A program made the translations under genes and the position numbers. A stretch of DNA of 64,000 nucleotides from Octopus vulgaris (Eukaryota). Where the stretch lies: assembly GCA_951406725.2 (NCBI GenBank), contig OX597832.1, forward strand, positions 30,132,001-30,196,000, read 5' to 3'. How positions within the stretch are numbered: position 1 is the stretch's first letter; each line of letters starts with the position of its first letter. The notes under the pieces were generated by a model. It searched no databases. It was not told where the DNA came from and saw nothing but the letters and a program-made list of their open reading frames with translations. Positions 31,371-45,654 of this stretch are shown piece after piece.

Positions 31371-32026
31371 ATAAAATGGTGTGGGGCCAAGTTTTGACCT
31401 TTATTTCTATCATTTCCTTATATTTTGATCGAGATCAGTCGATTGGTAAACAGGTTGTTTGAAAGAGAAACCGTTCTCAATTTATATTTGGAGGTATGTA
31501 AGTAAGTGTGTTACGTAATAATCTCTCTCTCTACACACACACAGAGGCACATATACATATAAGATGTGACATCCTAAAAGTAATCTTTATATCCCTGTCA
31601 CCTCCGCAGTCTTGTAAAAATGATTTTAGTGAATTCCCTGTGTTTTATAGTTTCTATAAATGTGAATAAGCATACTTGTGTGTGTCTGTGTGTTCTTGTT
31701 TAAATATGAGTTCGTCTTAAGATTTTGCAGATATCTTCATCGCTTCTATCTTTTGCTTGTATCGGTCAATTAGATCGCCGAATATTAGCCTTGAGAGGAA
31801 TCCTCATATTGACGGTTTGTGCATAAAAACACACACACAATTCGTTGTTCTAAGACGTCCATGTTTAGTTGGATATAAAGATGACTTTTTAGCTTTAATA
31901 CTGCTTCCTTCGCTAATAATTAATTTTTAATTAACCAACTGGTTATCTGCGACATCGGTGTCTGAAAGGATGCTGATATCCCATACATCATAGCAGCGTG
32001 ATTTGATTGGAATGCTGTGACTGGAT

Positions 32027-32081
32027 GCCACCCACTGATGACGTCCAGTAGGATGAAATCGCATGATATGGGAACACCGGC
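32027..32081 (+). ncRNA. Full type I hammerhead ribozyme
   Basis: GCC-a-CCCA-CTGATGA-C-GTCC(AGTA)GGAT-GAA-ATC(GCAT)GAT-A-TGGG-aacacc-GGC: closed stems II and III, stem I with internal loop, AUA triplet (cut after 32068). Confidence 0.85.
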
Positions 32082-32263
32082 CTCATGACAGACGATTCTT
32101 GTCTGCTATGATCTACGTGTATGCTTTTTGCGCCGAGCACCTGTATGAGAAGATCTCCCAAGGCTAAAAACGCAGTATTCGGTATTCTAATAAGATATAC
32201 ATTTTATGTTGGATATAAAGATTACCTTTTCGTATTAAAACTGCTTCCGTCGCTGATAATTAA

Positions 32264-32660
32264 GGGTGTGGAATTTTGCCACAAGGGCAGAAATTTGAGG
32301 GGAGGGGACTAATCGATTACATCGACCCCAGTATTCAAGTAATACTTATTTTATCCACCCCGAAAGAATGAAAGGCAAAGTCGACCTCGGCGGAATTTGA
32401 ACTCAGAACGTAGCGGCAGACGAAATACCTATTTCTTTACTACCCACAAGGGGCTAAACACAGAGAGGACAAACAAGGACAGACAAACGGATTAAGTCGA
32501 TTATATCGACCCAGTGCGCAACTGGTACTTATTTTATCAATTCTGAAAGGATGACAGGCAAAGGCGACCTCGGCGGTATTTGAACTCAGAACGTGGCGGC
32601 AGACGAAATACCGCTAAACATTTCGTCCTGCGCTCTAACGATTCTGCCAGCTCGTCGCCT
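32264..32660 (-). mobile_element. SINE family A, dimeric form
   Basis: Two tandem cores joined by a linker. Imperfect 19-bp TSD ttccg(t/c)c(g/a)ctgataattaa. Confidence 0.85.
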
Positions 32661-34474
32661 TTCCGCCACTGATAATTAATGATATTCTGTAAAATATCTC
32701 CAATTAATATAAATTACTAGGGCGTCTTTCTTTCCGTGTCCATCTCCAAAGGGAGACAACACTGGTCATCTAAGGCCTATCTTACTCCCAGGACTAACAA
32801 GTGTTTAGATGTCTTCGCTCTCGCGTTACCTCTCGGGTGACCAGTTATGTTGGGTCAATATTTTCATCCTTTGTTGTTTATATCGGATAAAGTTGCATTA
32901 TAAATCAATTAGCAGTTAATATTTTTGTCATTGATATCACGTACACCACAAAATATGCAGATGAGAAGTTTGTTTTGTGTAATTTTATATTAATTTAAAT
33001 ATTTTCGATTTAAAAATTAATATTCATTTCATTATTCTTCCTTTAATAGAGACACCACGAAATCTGAATAAAGTAAAATTGTAATTATTGTGTGTGTGTG
33101 CGAGCGCCCCCTTGCGTAGTATTACTTACAGCGACGAAAATAGACAGACGCCATTATCCTATGACAGTAACTGTAATATATTATTATATCTATATTATAA
33201 TATCTTTATATATATAACGTTATAAATAGCATTGATAAACAGAATCACGATAAGGTCTTTTACCGTTCAAATAACCGTTCATCTTCATGTAATGATAAAT
33301 TATATATAAAATTCATAAATACCCCCACATTGGTAGTCATGGTGGTGGTGATGATGATGGAGGTGGGTTTTTATGCAAAGTGCTAATTCAGCGATTTGTG
33401 TTTTTTCTCTCGTATATTTTGAATTATAGGAAACAAACTTCTAGAATAATTCGACAGCATTGAAGAATTTCTTTTTTTTCTTGAAAAAAAAAAAAATCTA
33501 TTTTCATATGACAGTGATAGGAATTCGTCGTTCTTGTTACTCCTGGTTATAATAAATGCATTGGTGGTTATAATAATAGCATGATTTATATTAAACTATT
33601 ATCAAATGAAAAGGAAATTTCGACAAAATGATAATATTTCCTTGTAACACATGGGAAAATCGATGAGAATCAGAGAAAACGCCGAGACGACTGGGTGGGG
33701 GGCTCCACAGACAAAGGGTAATATATTTTGACTTGCTGTTCCTGACCAGTTAATTTATATCCTTTAAGCCGAAAATCGATCTAATCTCCAGCTTCCTTAT
33801 TGGTTTATTCCTGCCAATCTCTTCATGGTTTCCGTACTTTTCCTTTACTCCTGAATTTTTCTTTGTCAAAGAACAAATATTTCGCAGATCTTAGGAGGCT
33901 AAATGTTAAGAATGCCGGATAAATGTTCGCCAAAGTAATGCTTCCTAACCCAGGGGAGGGTTTTTCTTTGTGTTGTGGTTCGAGACAAAATATATCGAAG
34001 CAGTTTCTCTGTGTACACAATAAACTTTAAATGCAGCACTGATGTTAAAGTGTCGAAGGATTGTACCTCTTCATAGTACCTATCTTAAAAAGGAGGGCTT
34101 CGTTGTGAGAGATAAACGGTTAAATAAGAACCAGCAGAGTGCCAAAGATAGCATTCAAATTTGTCGACGATATCGATTTGACCAGGTTCCTCTGCATATC
34201 GCATTCTTCATAGATATACTTCGCTACCACCACCACAGCCATCACAACCACCACATCCACCACCAGCATCACCACCACAGCCATCACCACCACCACAACC
34301 ATCCTCACTAACACAACCACCATCACCACTACCACCACCACCTCACAAACATCAACTACCATTACAACCGTCCTCGATAGCACATCCAACATCGCCATCA
34401 CCCGCATTAACACCGCAAATGACAACCATTAGAAACAATTTACTGCCTTAAAGGAAATGACACGTTAGATAATG

Positions 34475-34872
34475 GTTTCAAATTTTGCCACATGGGCAGC
34501 TATTTTGGCAGGAGGGGATGAGTCGTTTACATCGACCCCAGTATGTAACTGGTACTTATTTTATCGACCCCGAAAGGATGAAAGACGAAGTCGACCTCGA
34601 CGGAATTTGAACTCAGAACATAGCGACGAGAGAAATATCCATTTCTTTACTACCCACAAGGGGTTAAACACAGAGGGGACAAACAAGGACAGACAAACGG
34701 ATTAAGTCGATTACATCGACCCCAGTGCGTAACTGGTACTTAATTTATCAACCTCGAAAGGATGAAAGATGAAGTCGACCTCGGTGGAAGTTGAACTCAG
34801 AACATAGCGGAAGATGAAATACCGCTTAGCATTTCGTCCGGCGCGCTAACGACTCTGCCAACTCACCGCCTT
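34475..34872 (-). mobile_element. SINE family A, dimeric form
   Basis: Same organisation as 32264-32660. Imperfect 19-bp TSD aatgacac(g/a)ttaga(t/c)aatg. Confidence 0.85.
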
Positions 34873-35266
34873 AATGACACATTAGACAATGCAGTGTTCC
34901 TGAGTACCATGAGACAGGTTGTTCATGGGTAGAACGTCTTTGATAATACATTTGGATAATCAGAAAAACATCAGAAATGTATTTAAAATCACTTCTGATT
35001 CCTGGTTCTGTAAAAGTTCTTCAGAGTTCTACGAGAAATATATTCCTATATTTTAGCTGAAAGTCAGAATGGTTTCTCTCCAAACATCAATTTCTCCCTT
35101 TTTCTCCCATCATATCTCTTCAGGTCTCTATTAAACACCCTCGTCTGTCTGTATATGTATTATTCTCTTCTATATACACTGTTTAACAAGTATTCAACAG
35201 ATTCGCCTTTGTCTCGGTACCATCTGCATAAAATATTTAAGAATACTTGTCTGTATATCACTGCTA

Positions 35267-35354
<88 letters not shown>

Positions 35355-35502
35355 TACATACATACCATACATACATACATACACACACATGTATACATAT
35401 ATGCATATATATAAGTACATATATACACACTTGCATATATATGTGTGTGCGTGTACATGTGTGTGTGTGTATATATATATGTATATATATATATATATAT
35501 AT

Positions 35503-35533
<31 letters not shown>

Positions 35534-36440
35534 TATGTATATACATATATATATGTGTGTGTATGTATGTAGGTATGTATGTATGTACGTATATGTATAT
35601 ATATATATATATATATGCGAGTATATAACTTCCTATACGACCAATATCCAAGGTCATATTGTTATATCGCAATACTGCACAGTGACTGTGTGAGCTACGA
35701 AATCCTCGTCGCCAACGTTATGTCGCACGTTCGGATGTCTCTACTACTCAACTTCCACTCTCTACTGCTACTCTCCTGTGCTAGTCTTCTACGACGTCTA
35801 GACTTCTCCCTCTATATCTACGTATTGGGCTAGTCTACTTCATCGTCTGGGGGTGTCCACACAACATATTTAAAGAAGCTAATAACAATTTAGTGTTTAG
35901 TTATGATAATTTCTTACCGTCAAATAAATTTATAGAAAAATATTTCCGCTGCCAATAGATGTATATCTTTCAGGACAAGGAGAACTGAAATGGGTATTCC
36001 CATCAAAACTTCTGCCAAATATGACAGACTTGATGCTATTGGACAGAAAAAAATATTATGTACAGTCATAGAGAATGGACAGTTACCCTGCAGATGAAGG
36101 GAATACTTATGGACAACTACTTCAAAACCTTCAACGTCTCTACAAACATACCAATAATCAGTGGCACTCCGTCTGAAGAAGCTAGGATTCTTGAGCCAAG
36201 AAAGAGACCGGCTAATACGAAATTTATAAATATCCAAGGCTTTCCGAAAGTTCGATATTTAAAAGCGTTGTTGTTATCCAAACTTTATCGATTGGGCTTC
36301 GTTTCTTAGAAACCAAATCCTTCTCTAAGGAAGAATTAAGTAAATTAAAAGCGAAGATACATACATACATACATACCTACATACCTACATACATACATAC
36401 ATACATACATACATACATACATACATACATACATACATAC

Positions 36441-36651
36441 ATTATGGCTACCCCCTCGTTATCGAGTATGGCCATTGCACGAAGCTTAACTGTTATTGGT
36501 GCTGTGATCGAATGTGACTTTTTATCCCAGTTAAAGATCTACAATGTCTTGTACAAAATTGGCAACTAAAACCTTTACTGGTAATAGCCGGCTGTAGTTG
36601 TAACTGGGCTTCATGTACCTTTGCATGTCGTTTAAGTCCTCCCGCCGAATT
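36441..36651 (-). mobile_element. 3' end of a LINE with C-terminal zinc-finger motif, inside (TACA)n
   Basis: [14 protein letters not shown]...[25 protein letters not shown], then a short UTR and (ATGT)n tail. Such C2H2-like ends are seen in RTE-type LINEs. Confidence 0.65.
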
Positions 36652-36714
36652 ACATACATACATACATACATACATACACACATACATACATACATACATA
36701 CATACATACATACA

Positions 36715-36746
<32 letters not shown>

Positions 36747-38214
36747 CAGGAATACACACATGCGTATATATATACACATAAATAGTCACATCCATGCCTT
36801 GACTTCGCGTCGCAATGTACAGAATCTTAAAACATCCTTGCTTTATTTGTGTTTGATAGTCCCAGAGTTGGCACAAAGCCGAACGGGAGAAAGACTAGGG
36901 TTTGAAACGGGTAACGCGTTAACACTCCAATGACAGACGACGAGGTCGGTGAAAGGGGCTGTCAGAGCTAATAAAATGTAACAGAGTTTGTCACCACGGT
37001 CACACTTTCACGGGACTGTCCTCTCGTCCAAACCCGCGCACAATGACACAATAAATAAATAAATAAATAAATGAAATAAATGAAATAAATACAACAGCTC
37101 AGCAACATTACTTTATTGCTAATATTAAAATATGTACTGTTGACGACATACACAAAAATTATATCTGATATTATATGTTGTCAGAATAAAACTACTGCGC
37201 AATCAATCAGCGGCTGCTCTCCTTCTACTCTCACTCTTCCCACACCTCCCATCGTCTGGTCCGTCGTTCACTCTCCGCCATGACAGCTAGCAACGTCCAT
37301 GAGTCTGCAAGAGGCGTTCGGCTGAAGAGAAAAGCTACTTCGCGCGAGCCATGATTAATGCTCCGTTAGGAAAATATTAAATAATCGCCTCAAATAATTC
37401 TGCAATTAGAATGTTAATTGGACGATTTAAAGAAATGCAAAAAGGAAGCTACAGCACGCTTTGCGAGTGGCTGAGGCATGTTGGCGGTCGATCGTACGTA
37501 AGAGCGCTGCTCACAACACATTTCAGCAGCTCTCTAGATCCTTTCTTTCGCTTCGCCTGTCTCTAGGGGAAACGCTAATATAGTAATCTGGTAATATATC
37601 TTAATGTGGGTTCACTCTTCTACTTAATAAATTCAATTATAGACGTATTTCTGTATTGGTTTAAAATCAACACCGTCTATTTATCGATATTAAATCTATA
37701 TAAGTTGTCTCCTTATTTTCAACTAATTTAATAAAGTTATTTCGCGATGGCTTTTCTTATCAAAATCATTAATTTCATTTAAAAGAAGGATAACTGTTGT
37801 CCAGGCGCTTGGTGATCGTTCTGCCACTGTATTTGAGCTCCAATCAGATTAAAACTATTGTGTTTGACAGCAACACACTAAATTCTTGCGATTTTTCTTC
37901 TTCGTAGCGAAAGAAGATAAAAAGAGAAAGAAAATGAAGCTATTGACTATAGAGAGTGGTTTTACCGATTCCAGCGAGTTTTGCGTTTAAACTGGAAGCA
38001 GTTCCAATTATGGCGTTCAGTAAGGAACAAACACGTTCATTGGATGATGTAGCACGGTTATGTGGGGGTGGGGAGGGCCTAGTGGAAGGATGTTTCTCAT
38101 TATCAATGGGAACTTCCCAGTCATCCATTTGGGAATTTTATGAAATACATAACAATAGCGATAACCTCTACACTCGTACAATGGACTCAGAAATGCACAC
38201 ACCACACACACAGG

Positions 38215-38246
<32 letters not shown>

Positions 38247-38342
38247 TGCATACAAACCTGCACACACAAGCATGCATGTACATATATGTGTATGTATGTG
38301 CGTGTATGTGCATATTTGTATGTATGTGTGTGTGTGTGTATG

Positions 38343-38388
<46 letters not shown>

Positions 38389-38773
38389 CAGATATGGTCG
38401 TGTGGGTAAGAAGTTTGCTGTGTAATCCTGGGATTTCTGGTTCAGTTCCACAGTCCGAAAGCTTGGCGCAAATGTCTGCTGCCATACGTTCATGTTGAAT
38501 CAAACTCTGAGAGCAAAATTATGTCAATGTTAATCGGGATGGAAGATTGTGGTTGTTGGGTAGCAGTCTTCGTCATCACCACCACCAGCAGACCAAAGTG
38601 GAGTGTCTTGCGTCCACCCTGCTGTATTAGGTCCCAGTTCCTCTTCTGAGGTCAAATCATAAGCTGAGATTTCTTCAGCCCTTTTCTCACCCCATCTTTA
38701 TCGTAGGAAATCTTACAAAAATCAAGACCTTCTTCCTATGATTAAGCCATGAATCTATCTATCTATCTATCTG

Positions 38774-38962
<189 letters not shown>

Positions 38963-39395
38963 ATCTATTTATCTATCTATCTATCTCGAAGCCACCTTGA
39001 GCATAATCCTGTGAACCCAGAAATTGAAAACAGAGAGTTGCTTATTTGCAAAAAAAAAAAAAAAAAAAAAGAAATATAACATGTGACTTCATTGACCGAG
39101 GTCACCGTGGTCTTTTCCGTAGGCTTTTCTTTCCACGGGTAAACCTCACCTGTCCTCCCCTTTACACTTCATATTGACATTTCTGTGATAACGATCCCTA
39201 TTGATCAATTTTTTTTTCCCTCTCCCCCTTTTTTTTAACCCCCCTTTTTTGTCCTCTTTCTCTCCTTTTACGATCCCTTTTGATCGAAACTCCCCCTTCC
39301 TTTTTTTTTTTTTTTTTTTTTAACCTTCAAAAGAAAAGCTCTACCTTGTAATTTGTTCTATCTGTGTGCAGCCCTGTGTGGCTAATAAAGAAACA

Positions 39396-39450
<55 letters not shown>

Positions 39451-39454
39451 TTAC

Positions 39455-39494
<40 letters not shown>

Positions 39495-39502
39495 TTATCT
39501 AT

Positions 39503-39546
<44 letters not shown>

Positions 39547-39551
39547 ATACG

Positions 39552-39601
<50 letters not shown>

Positions 39602-39642
39602 TGTGTGTGTATGTGTGTGTGTGTATGTATTTATGTATGCAT

Positions 39643-39880
39643 ATCGTGGCACTCCGTCGGTTGCGACGACGAGAGTTCCAGTTGATCCGATCAACGGAAC
39701 AGTCTGCTCGTGAAATTAACGTGCAAATGGCTGAGCACTCCGCAGACACTTGTACCCTTAACATAGTTCTCGGGGAGATTCAGCACGACACAGAGTGTGA
39801 CAAGGCCGGTCCTTTGAAATACAGGTGCAACAGAAACAGGAAGAAAGAGTGAGAGAAAGTTGTGGTGAAAGAGTACAGCA
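39643..39880 (+). mobile_element. Dispersed repeat family (second copy 26560-26746 on -; shares gaaagagtga..ttgtgg.gaaagagt with 9840-10070)
   Basis: Direct sequence similarity between copies (gtggcactccgtcggttgcgacgacga...). Confidence 0.7.
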
Positions 39881-40963
39881 TTGTGACTAGCGATGTATAA
39901 CAACATCCGATAATCTGGTCGATCATGGGGTTGTGTGGTAAGAAGCTTGCTTCCCAACCTCGTAGTTCCGGGTTCAGTTCCATTCCGTGGCACCTTGGGC
40001 AAGTGTCTTCTACTATAACTTCGGGCTAATCAAAGCGTTGTAAGTGGATTTGGTAGACGGAAACTGAAAGAAGCCTGTCGAATATGCGTGTGTGCGTATG
40101 AGTGTAAATTTATGTGTGTGTGTGTGTCTTTATGTCTACGTTTGTCCCCTTCCACCACCTGACAACCGGTATTAGTGTATTTACGTCCCCATAACTTAGC
40201 ACTTCGACAAAAAGAATCCAGTAGAATAAATATCAGGTTTAAAAAAAAAAGATTCTAACCCTGTTTATTTTTAGACATAATATATCTAGGAATACGTTAG
40301 TCTATACGTCAGTTTTTTAGATGGTACGATGTGAATTGATGGGGATTTAGCTTCTATTCCCGAAAGTCGAGCGACCACGTGGAAGCTCTCCCAACAGCTG
40401 TGTCTATATATATATGAATGTATATGTTTGTGTGTGTGTGTATATCAGACAATTGTATATGTTGGTCTTTTCTGTTGTAAACAATCTACAAAAATAATTA
40501 CTTCCGGTTGAAACAATATCTGAAAATGTAACTGAAATGGCCAAAGTAAAAAGTTATTGCCAATGGTCAGACAGCCAGGTCCTATCAGCTTTTGTTTGGG
40601 TTGTAGTTAAGGTTAAAAGATGTGGTCAATGGTCAGAATTCGGACAGTGTTTCCTTTCAACCGCATGCCCATAATACCAACAAGGGGAAACATAGTGTCC
40701 AGATTGGCTGATCAATGGCTACATCTATTTAATTCGACCACAATCCAAACAGAGAGAGACATCAGGTTCAGACCATCTGACCATTACCTACATTTATTAG
40801 AGGTACCCAGTGGACATTATACATCTGGACATAATGTCCTCCGCACGTGCTTGGAATTGCTGTCAAATTTTCAAAGATGGTCAAAATAATTAAGTTGATT
40901 GGTTTCTCATTAAAATTGATTGGAACTGTTTTTGTATAATCGATACTTACTCAATTAATAATA

Positions 40964-41034
<71 letters not shown>

Positions 41035-41336
41035 CAGCATAAATACTTTAAATGTTGTACAATGACTTAAATCTTGCTAATTTTTTTTTAAAAACTAAAC
41101 TCATTAATAAATTAGACATTTGATTTGAGAAGGAAAAATGTGTTTTGTAATGATTTTTTGAGAATCGGTAAAACATTGAAACTGTGTTTTGAAAATGCTG
41201 ATAAGAGAGAGAGAGGGGGAGAGAGAGAAGGGGAGAGAGTGAAGGGGAGAAGGTGAGAGAGAGCCTGGACACTGATGTATATAGATCGAGAGGGAGGGAA
41301 TGAGAGAGGGAGGGAGTGAGAGGGAGTGAGAAAGAG

Positions 41337-41368
<32 letters not shown>

Positions 41369-42235
41369 AAAGAGAGAGTCTTCTGGTGATATAATGAAAC
41401 AATAATTAGTTTAAATTAAAAAGCAAAATATTGATTAAATAAACAATTAATTGTGACAAAATTTGCAATGAAAACTCTGCGAAAACGTCCACTTAAGGTA
41501 AAGTGTTGATCACATTAAACTTCAAATGGAAATTAACAATTCTTGCACACGGGCTTTTTAATTGTTTTAATTGATTACATTTACACCCCCCTGGTCCCCT
41601 CTCTCTCTCTCCCTTATTTTTTCTCTTTCTTTCACTCTCTTACCCTCTTCTCTCTCACCCCTCCTCTCTCTCTACTTTAAATTAGCAATTAGCCAATATA
41701 CGAAATGAAGCTAGGCATTTAATTAAAATGAGAAGTTTATTCACCCATGACCACCACCACCGACCATTGGAGTCGACTGTATTACATTTGAGTCCATATT
41801 ATTGACTGAAGTTTCCTGTCACAGGAAGGTTCGGGTAAAATTTGAACTCAAATGTGATTTAAGGCCGCGGAAACTTTATGTCGATTAAAGTTTTAATCAG
41901 AGAAACATGTCCTGTGGGCAGCATCCATTGCGCCTACAGTTACATCTGTGTCACACTATCTTATAAAGTTGCAGTCACGTGTCCACTATCTCATACAGCT
42001 ACATCTCTGACACACCGTATTGTATAGCTACCTTACATTAACGTTACAGTCACATCTTTGATGCTCTGAATTATTTATAGCTACAGTTACATGTCACACT
42101 ATCTCTTACACAGTCACATCTGCGTCACACTATTACATATAGCTACAGACATGTCTCACTATCTCATACGCAGTTACATCTTTGACATACGATATCATGT
42201 CATGTTACAACAGTCGTTGTTGTCACATCAAAAAC

Positions 42236-42500
42236 ACATTTGAGTGGTGTTACAAATTGGTCTGTTACTCTTCTGTTACACCCTACATTTGAGTTATGTT
42301 ACAAGTTGGTCTGTTACTCTTCTGTTACACTCTACATTTGAGTGGTGTTACAAATTGGTCTGTTACTCTCCTGTTACCCTCCATATTTGAGTGGTGTTAC
42401 AAATCAGTTTGTTACTCTTCTGTTACTCTTCACAATTGAGTGGTGTTACAAGTTGGTCTGTTACTCTTCTGTTACACTTTACATTTGAGCGGTGTTACAT
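42236..42500. repeat. 49-bp minisatellite, ~5.5 copies
   Basis: catttgag anchors at 42237, 42286, 42335, 42384, 42433 and 42482. Confidence 0.9.
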
Positions 42501-43556
42501 TACAAGTTCTGTTATCACACTCGTCTTCTCACTTTAAATTTGTCCGTAGTCAATGACGTGGAGATGGATGAACAGCACCACGTCAACTCCCCAACCCACC
42601 CTAAACGGAGACAACACATTTAACGATCCAAAACGAATTACTCAACATTCTTCTTCCCCCAAAATGCTAAACTTCTGATTTATGTCCGTTCTGGCATGAA
42701 TGCCTCCACATCACCTCGCTTAATATTGTATACCTAAGAACTCAATGTTGTATGATGAGTCGAAGAGAGAATTTTTTCTGACAGTAATTGGGGGTGGGGC
42801 GGTAAGATGGATTTTTTTCCTTCTTTTTACCGAATTACAGGAAAACTATTCGAATGACCCTTAAACGTTCATTTACAGCCACAGTAGTTTATAGGGTCCA
42901 CATCAGACCCTTCCTCTCTTATTCTATCCTCCACTGTCCCTTTATTATCTTCCTGTGACTATATTTTCTCTCTTTACCCTAAATAACATTCGTTCGCGGA
43001 AAGAATAGAAGAAAAAAAATACGACATAAAACGACAAAAATGTGCGTTCATCCATCTTTTTGTTGTTGCAGTCGCAATTCTGTTGGTTGTTGTTGTTGTT
43101 GTTGTTGATGTTATTGTTGTTGCTGTTGTTGTTGTTGTTGTCGGGGTTGTCGTCGTTGTTTGTGTTGTTTAATTTCCTTGCAAGCCTATAATGAGTCGGA
43201 CGTCGGCAGGCACTCACTCAAACAATCTCCTCTCCTGTTATACAACTATCGTCAAATTGAAATTTCACACACTACACTGTACATTCACACTGGCAACAAC
43301 CCATCTGGGATTAGTCGTGTTAACATTGGCAATCTGCAGCAGGATGCGTGAACGATGCCACTAATGCAATTGACCAACTGGGTATCAGCCACGAGGCTCG
43401 ATTAGACACACAAAGAAATTTGAAAGAAAAACTGAAGCTAATCTAATAAAGGCAGCAATGTGCTGGAATAAACAGATAAATTAAGTTTAGCTGGAAATCT
43501 GAAAGTTGGGGGTTATTTACACGAGGCCCACTGTAATAATGTGAATATCTTTACAG

Positions 43557-43614
43557 GTCTGGTTCCAGAACCGCCGAGCTAAGTGTCGAAAACAAGAGAG
43601 TCAAATGCAAAAAG
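43557..43614 (+). CDS. SHOX: SHOX/Shox2-like homeobox gene, internal 58-bp exon encoding homeodomain helix 3 (VWFQNRRAKCRKQESQMQK)
   Basis: The splice context is ttacag|GTCTGGTTCCAGAACCGCCGAGCTAAGTGTCGAAAACAAGAGAGTCAAATGCAAAAAG|gtgagt. Translation matches SHOX-family VWFQNRRAKCRKQENQMHK. Acceptor and donor are canonical, and the phase-1 end joins in frame to the exon at 59027. Confidence 0.95.
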
Positions 43615-44909
43615 GTGAGTACAGATTCGCATTCCCCATAATGGCTGACAGAAGCCTGCTTGACAGTGTGAAGAAAATGGCGGTTCCGTTTGCCACAACA
43701 ATTTCTCTTTCAGTGCATTTGTTTCAAAGTGCCATTTCGCCGCTGCTAACCGAAGGACATTTCCGATGACCCAAACGGTTGTATATTGCAGAATATTATT
43801 TCATCATTGTAATATTAGCGGGGGAGGGTGATGACGGTGGCAGTGGCGTTGGTGGTGGTGGTGGCGGTGGTGGTGGTGGTGGTGGTGGTGGTGGTGGTGG
43901 TGGTTGTGGTGGTGGTGATGATGTGGTTATAGAAGTAGTTATAGAAGTAGTGGCGTTGATGGTACTAGAGATAGTGGTGGTGTAGGGTGGCGTGTTAGCG
44001 GGGGTGGGGGTGGGGGCTAATAGCGGCGGAAGTTGTAGTGTGGTGGTGGTGGTGGTGGTGGCAGTAATCGTGTGGTAAGGATGTTGATGTGTAAGTATAA
44101 AAGCAGTGATGTACTGGTAATGGTGGTGGTGGCGACGGCGGCGGTGGCGGTGGTGGTGGTGGTGATGGTGGAGGTGGTGGTTGTGTGGTGGTGGTGGCGG
44201 TGGAGGTGGTGGTGGTAATGGTGGTGGTGGTGGTGTGGCGTAGTGGCGATGGTGATGAGAGCGATGGTGGCAGTGGCGAAGGAAGCGACGGCGGTTAGGC
44301 GGCAATGATGCTGGTAGTTGTGGTGATGGTGCTGCTGGGGGTGATGGTGGTGGCGACGCCGATAGCGGCGGCGGTGGTGGTGGAGGCGACGGCGGAGGTG
44401 GTGGCGATAGCGGCGGCGGCGGCGTTGGTCGTACTCGTGATGGCGGTGATTGCTCGTTTGAACGATGTGATAGAAAACAATATGAAAACGAAAAAGCAGG
44501 TGTAATCGATGAATAAATGAATGGCTTTGATCAGAGAATATTTTTCAAAATTGAGTCAACATTATACATTAGGCAATAACGATTTGTGTAAACTTTTAGT
44601 TGTGACTTTATTTCACACTGATTGGTCGACAGAGAGAGAGAAGAGCCGCAGCAATATGGCGGACAGTCCGAGGAAGAGGAGAAGGACGACGAAGATGGCG
44701 GCGGCGGCGATGGTGTGAAGCATTTTAATGTCTCTCCGATGTTCTTTATGTGAAAACAATAACAGGTTTACTGTGAAAATTTCTATTGTCGCTTTAAAAC
44801 ATTTGTCTTCATTTGAAACTGTTAATGTATAATGGATTTATTAATAAATTACTTAAATTGACCGGACTGTGTGAGATGTGTGCATGTATGTGTGTGTGTG
44901 TGAGATGTG

Positions 44910-44940
<31 letters not shown>

Positions 44941-45101
44941 TTTGGGTATGTACTTACGTATGTGTGCGTGTGAACATACGTACACGCATACATACGTGTG
45001 TGTGTTATTGTGTATGTGAATCGGAATGTATATGTATGTGTGTATGGCTTTCTATATGTACGTGTGCATGTTTAGGTGTGTACGTAACACACACACACAC
45101 A

Positions 45102-45149
<48 letters not shown>

Positions 45150-45190
45150 TATATATATATATATATATCATATATTTATATATATGTATG

Positions 45191-45222
<32 letters not shown>

Positions 45223-45654
45223 CGGATATATATATATGTGTGTGTGTATGCATATGTGTTTAAATGCTTATGAAACAGTGTGTACGGAAGCGAATGTGTG
45301 TATGTATCTATGGTAGCTATACGCATATATGTGCATATGAATACGTAGGTTTGTGCATCTGTGTGTGTGCATCTGTGTGTGTGTGTGTGTGTGTGCCGAC
45401 AGCTGTGTATGGTGCAAGCGTAATAAGATTACGATCGTTTGATAGTTAATAAACAGTAAAAGGCTGCGGTGTGTGTGTGTGTGTGTATGTGTATGTAGGC
45501 GTGTGTTTGTGAGATATGGGTACGTATTAGTGTGTGTGTGTGTGTGTTTTGCTGTTGTCCGCCGGGAGATGTGCGGTGGGGGTGTAGGGGGAGGGGGTTA
45601 TGGCCAGTAGAATTAGCAATTAAATTAATCTTAGCAGCAAATAAGATTAAATGA

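Noticed and set aside
36168-36235. CTGAAGA-hairpin-GAA-ATTTATAAAT-A hammerhead-like string; similar weak cases at ~18911-18990 and ~47358-47400 (minus)
   Set aside because: Stem I does not pair or the core is too altered. They may be relics but are not supportable.
36493-36651. Host C2H2 zinc-finger gene exon
   Set aside because: It is an isolated fragment embedded in (TACA)n with a LINE-like short UTR and tail, better explained as a LINE 3' end.
35660-37050. Two possible solo LTRs (35660-35866 and 36848-37050, TG...CA ends)
   Set aside because: No matching target-site duplications and no second copy in the window.
43779-44505. Pro/His/Gly/Val-rich ORFs next to the homeobox exon
   Set aside because: They derive from degenerate (GGT)n/(GGC)n repeats. 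The exon at 43614 already joins in frame to 59027 with SHOX-like spacing.
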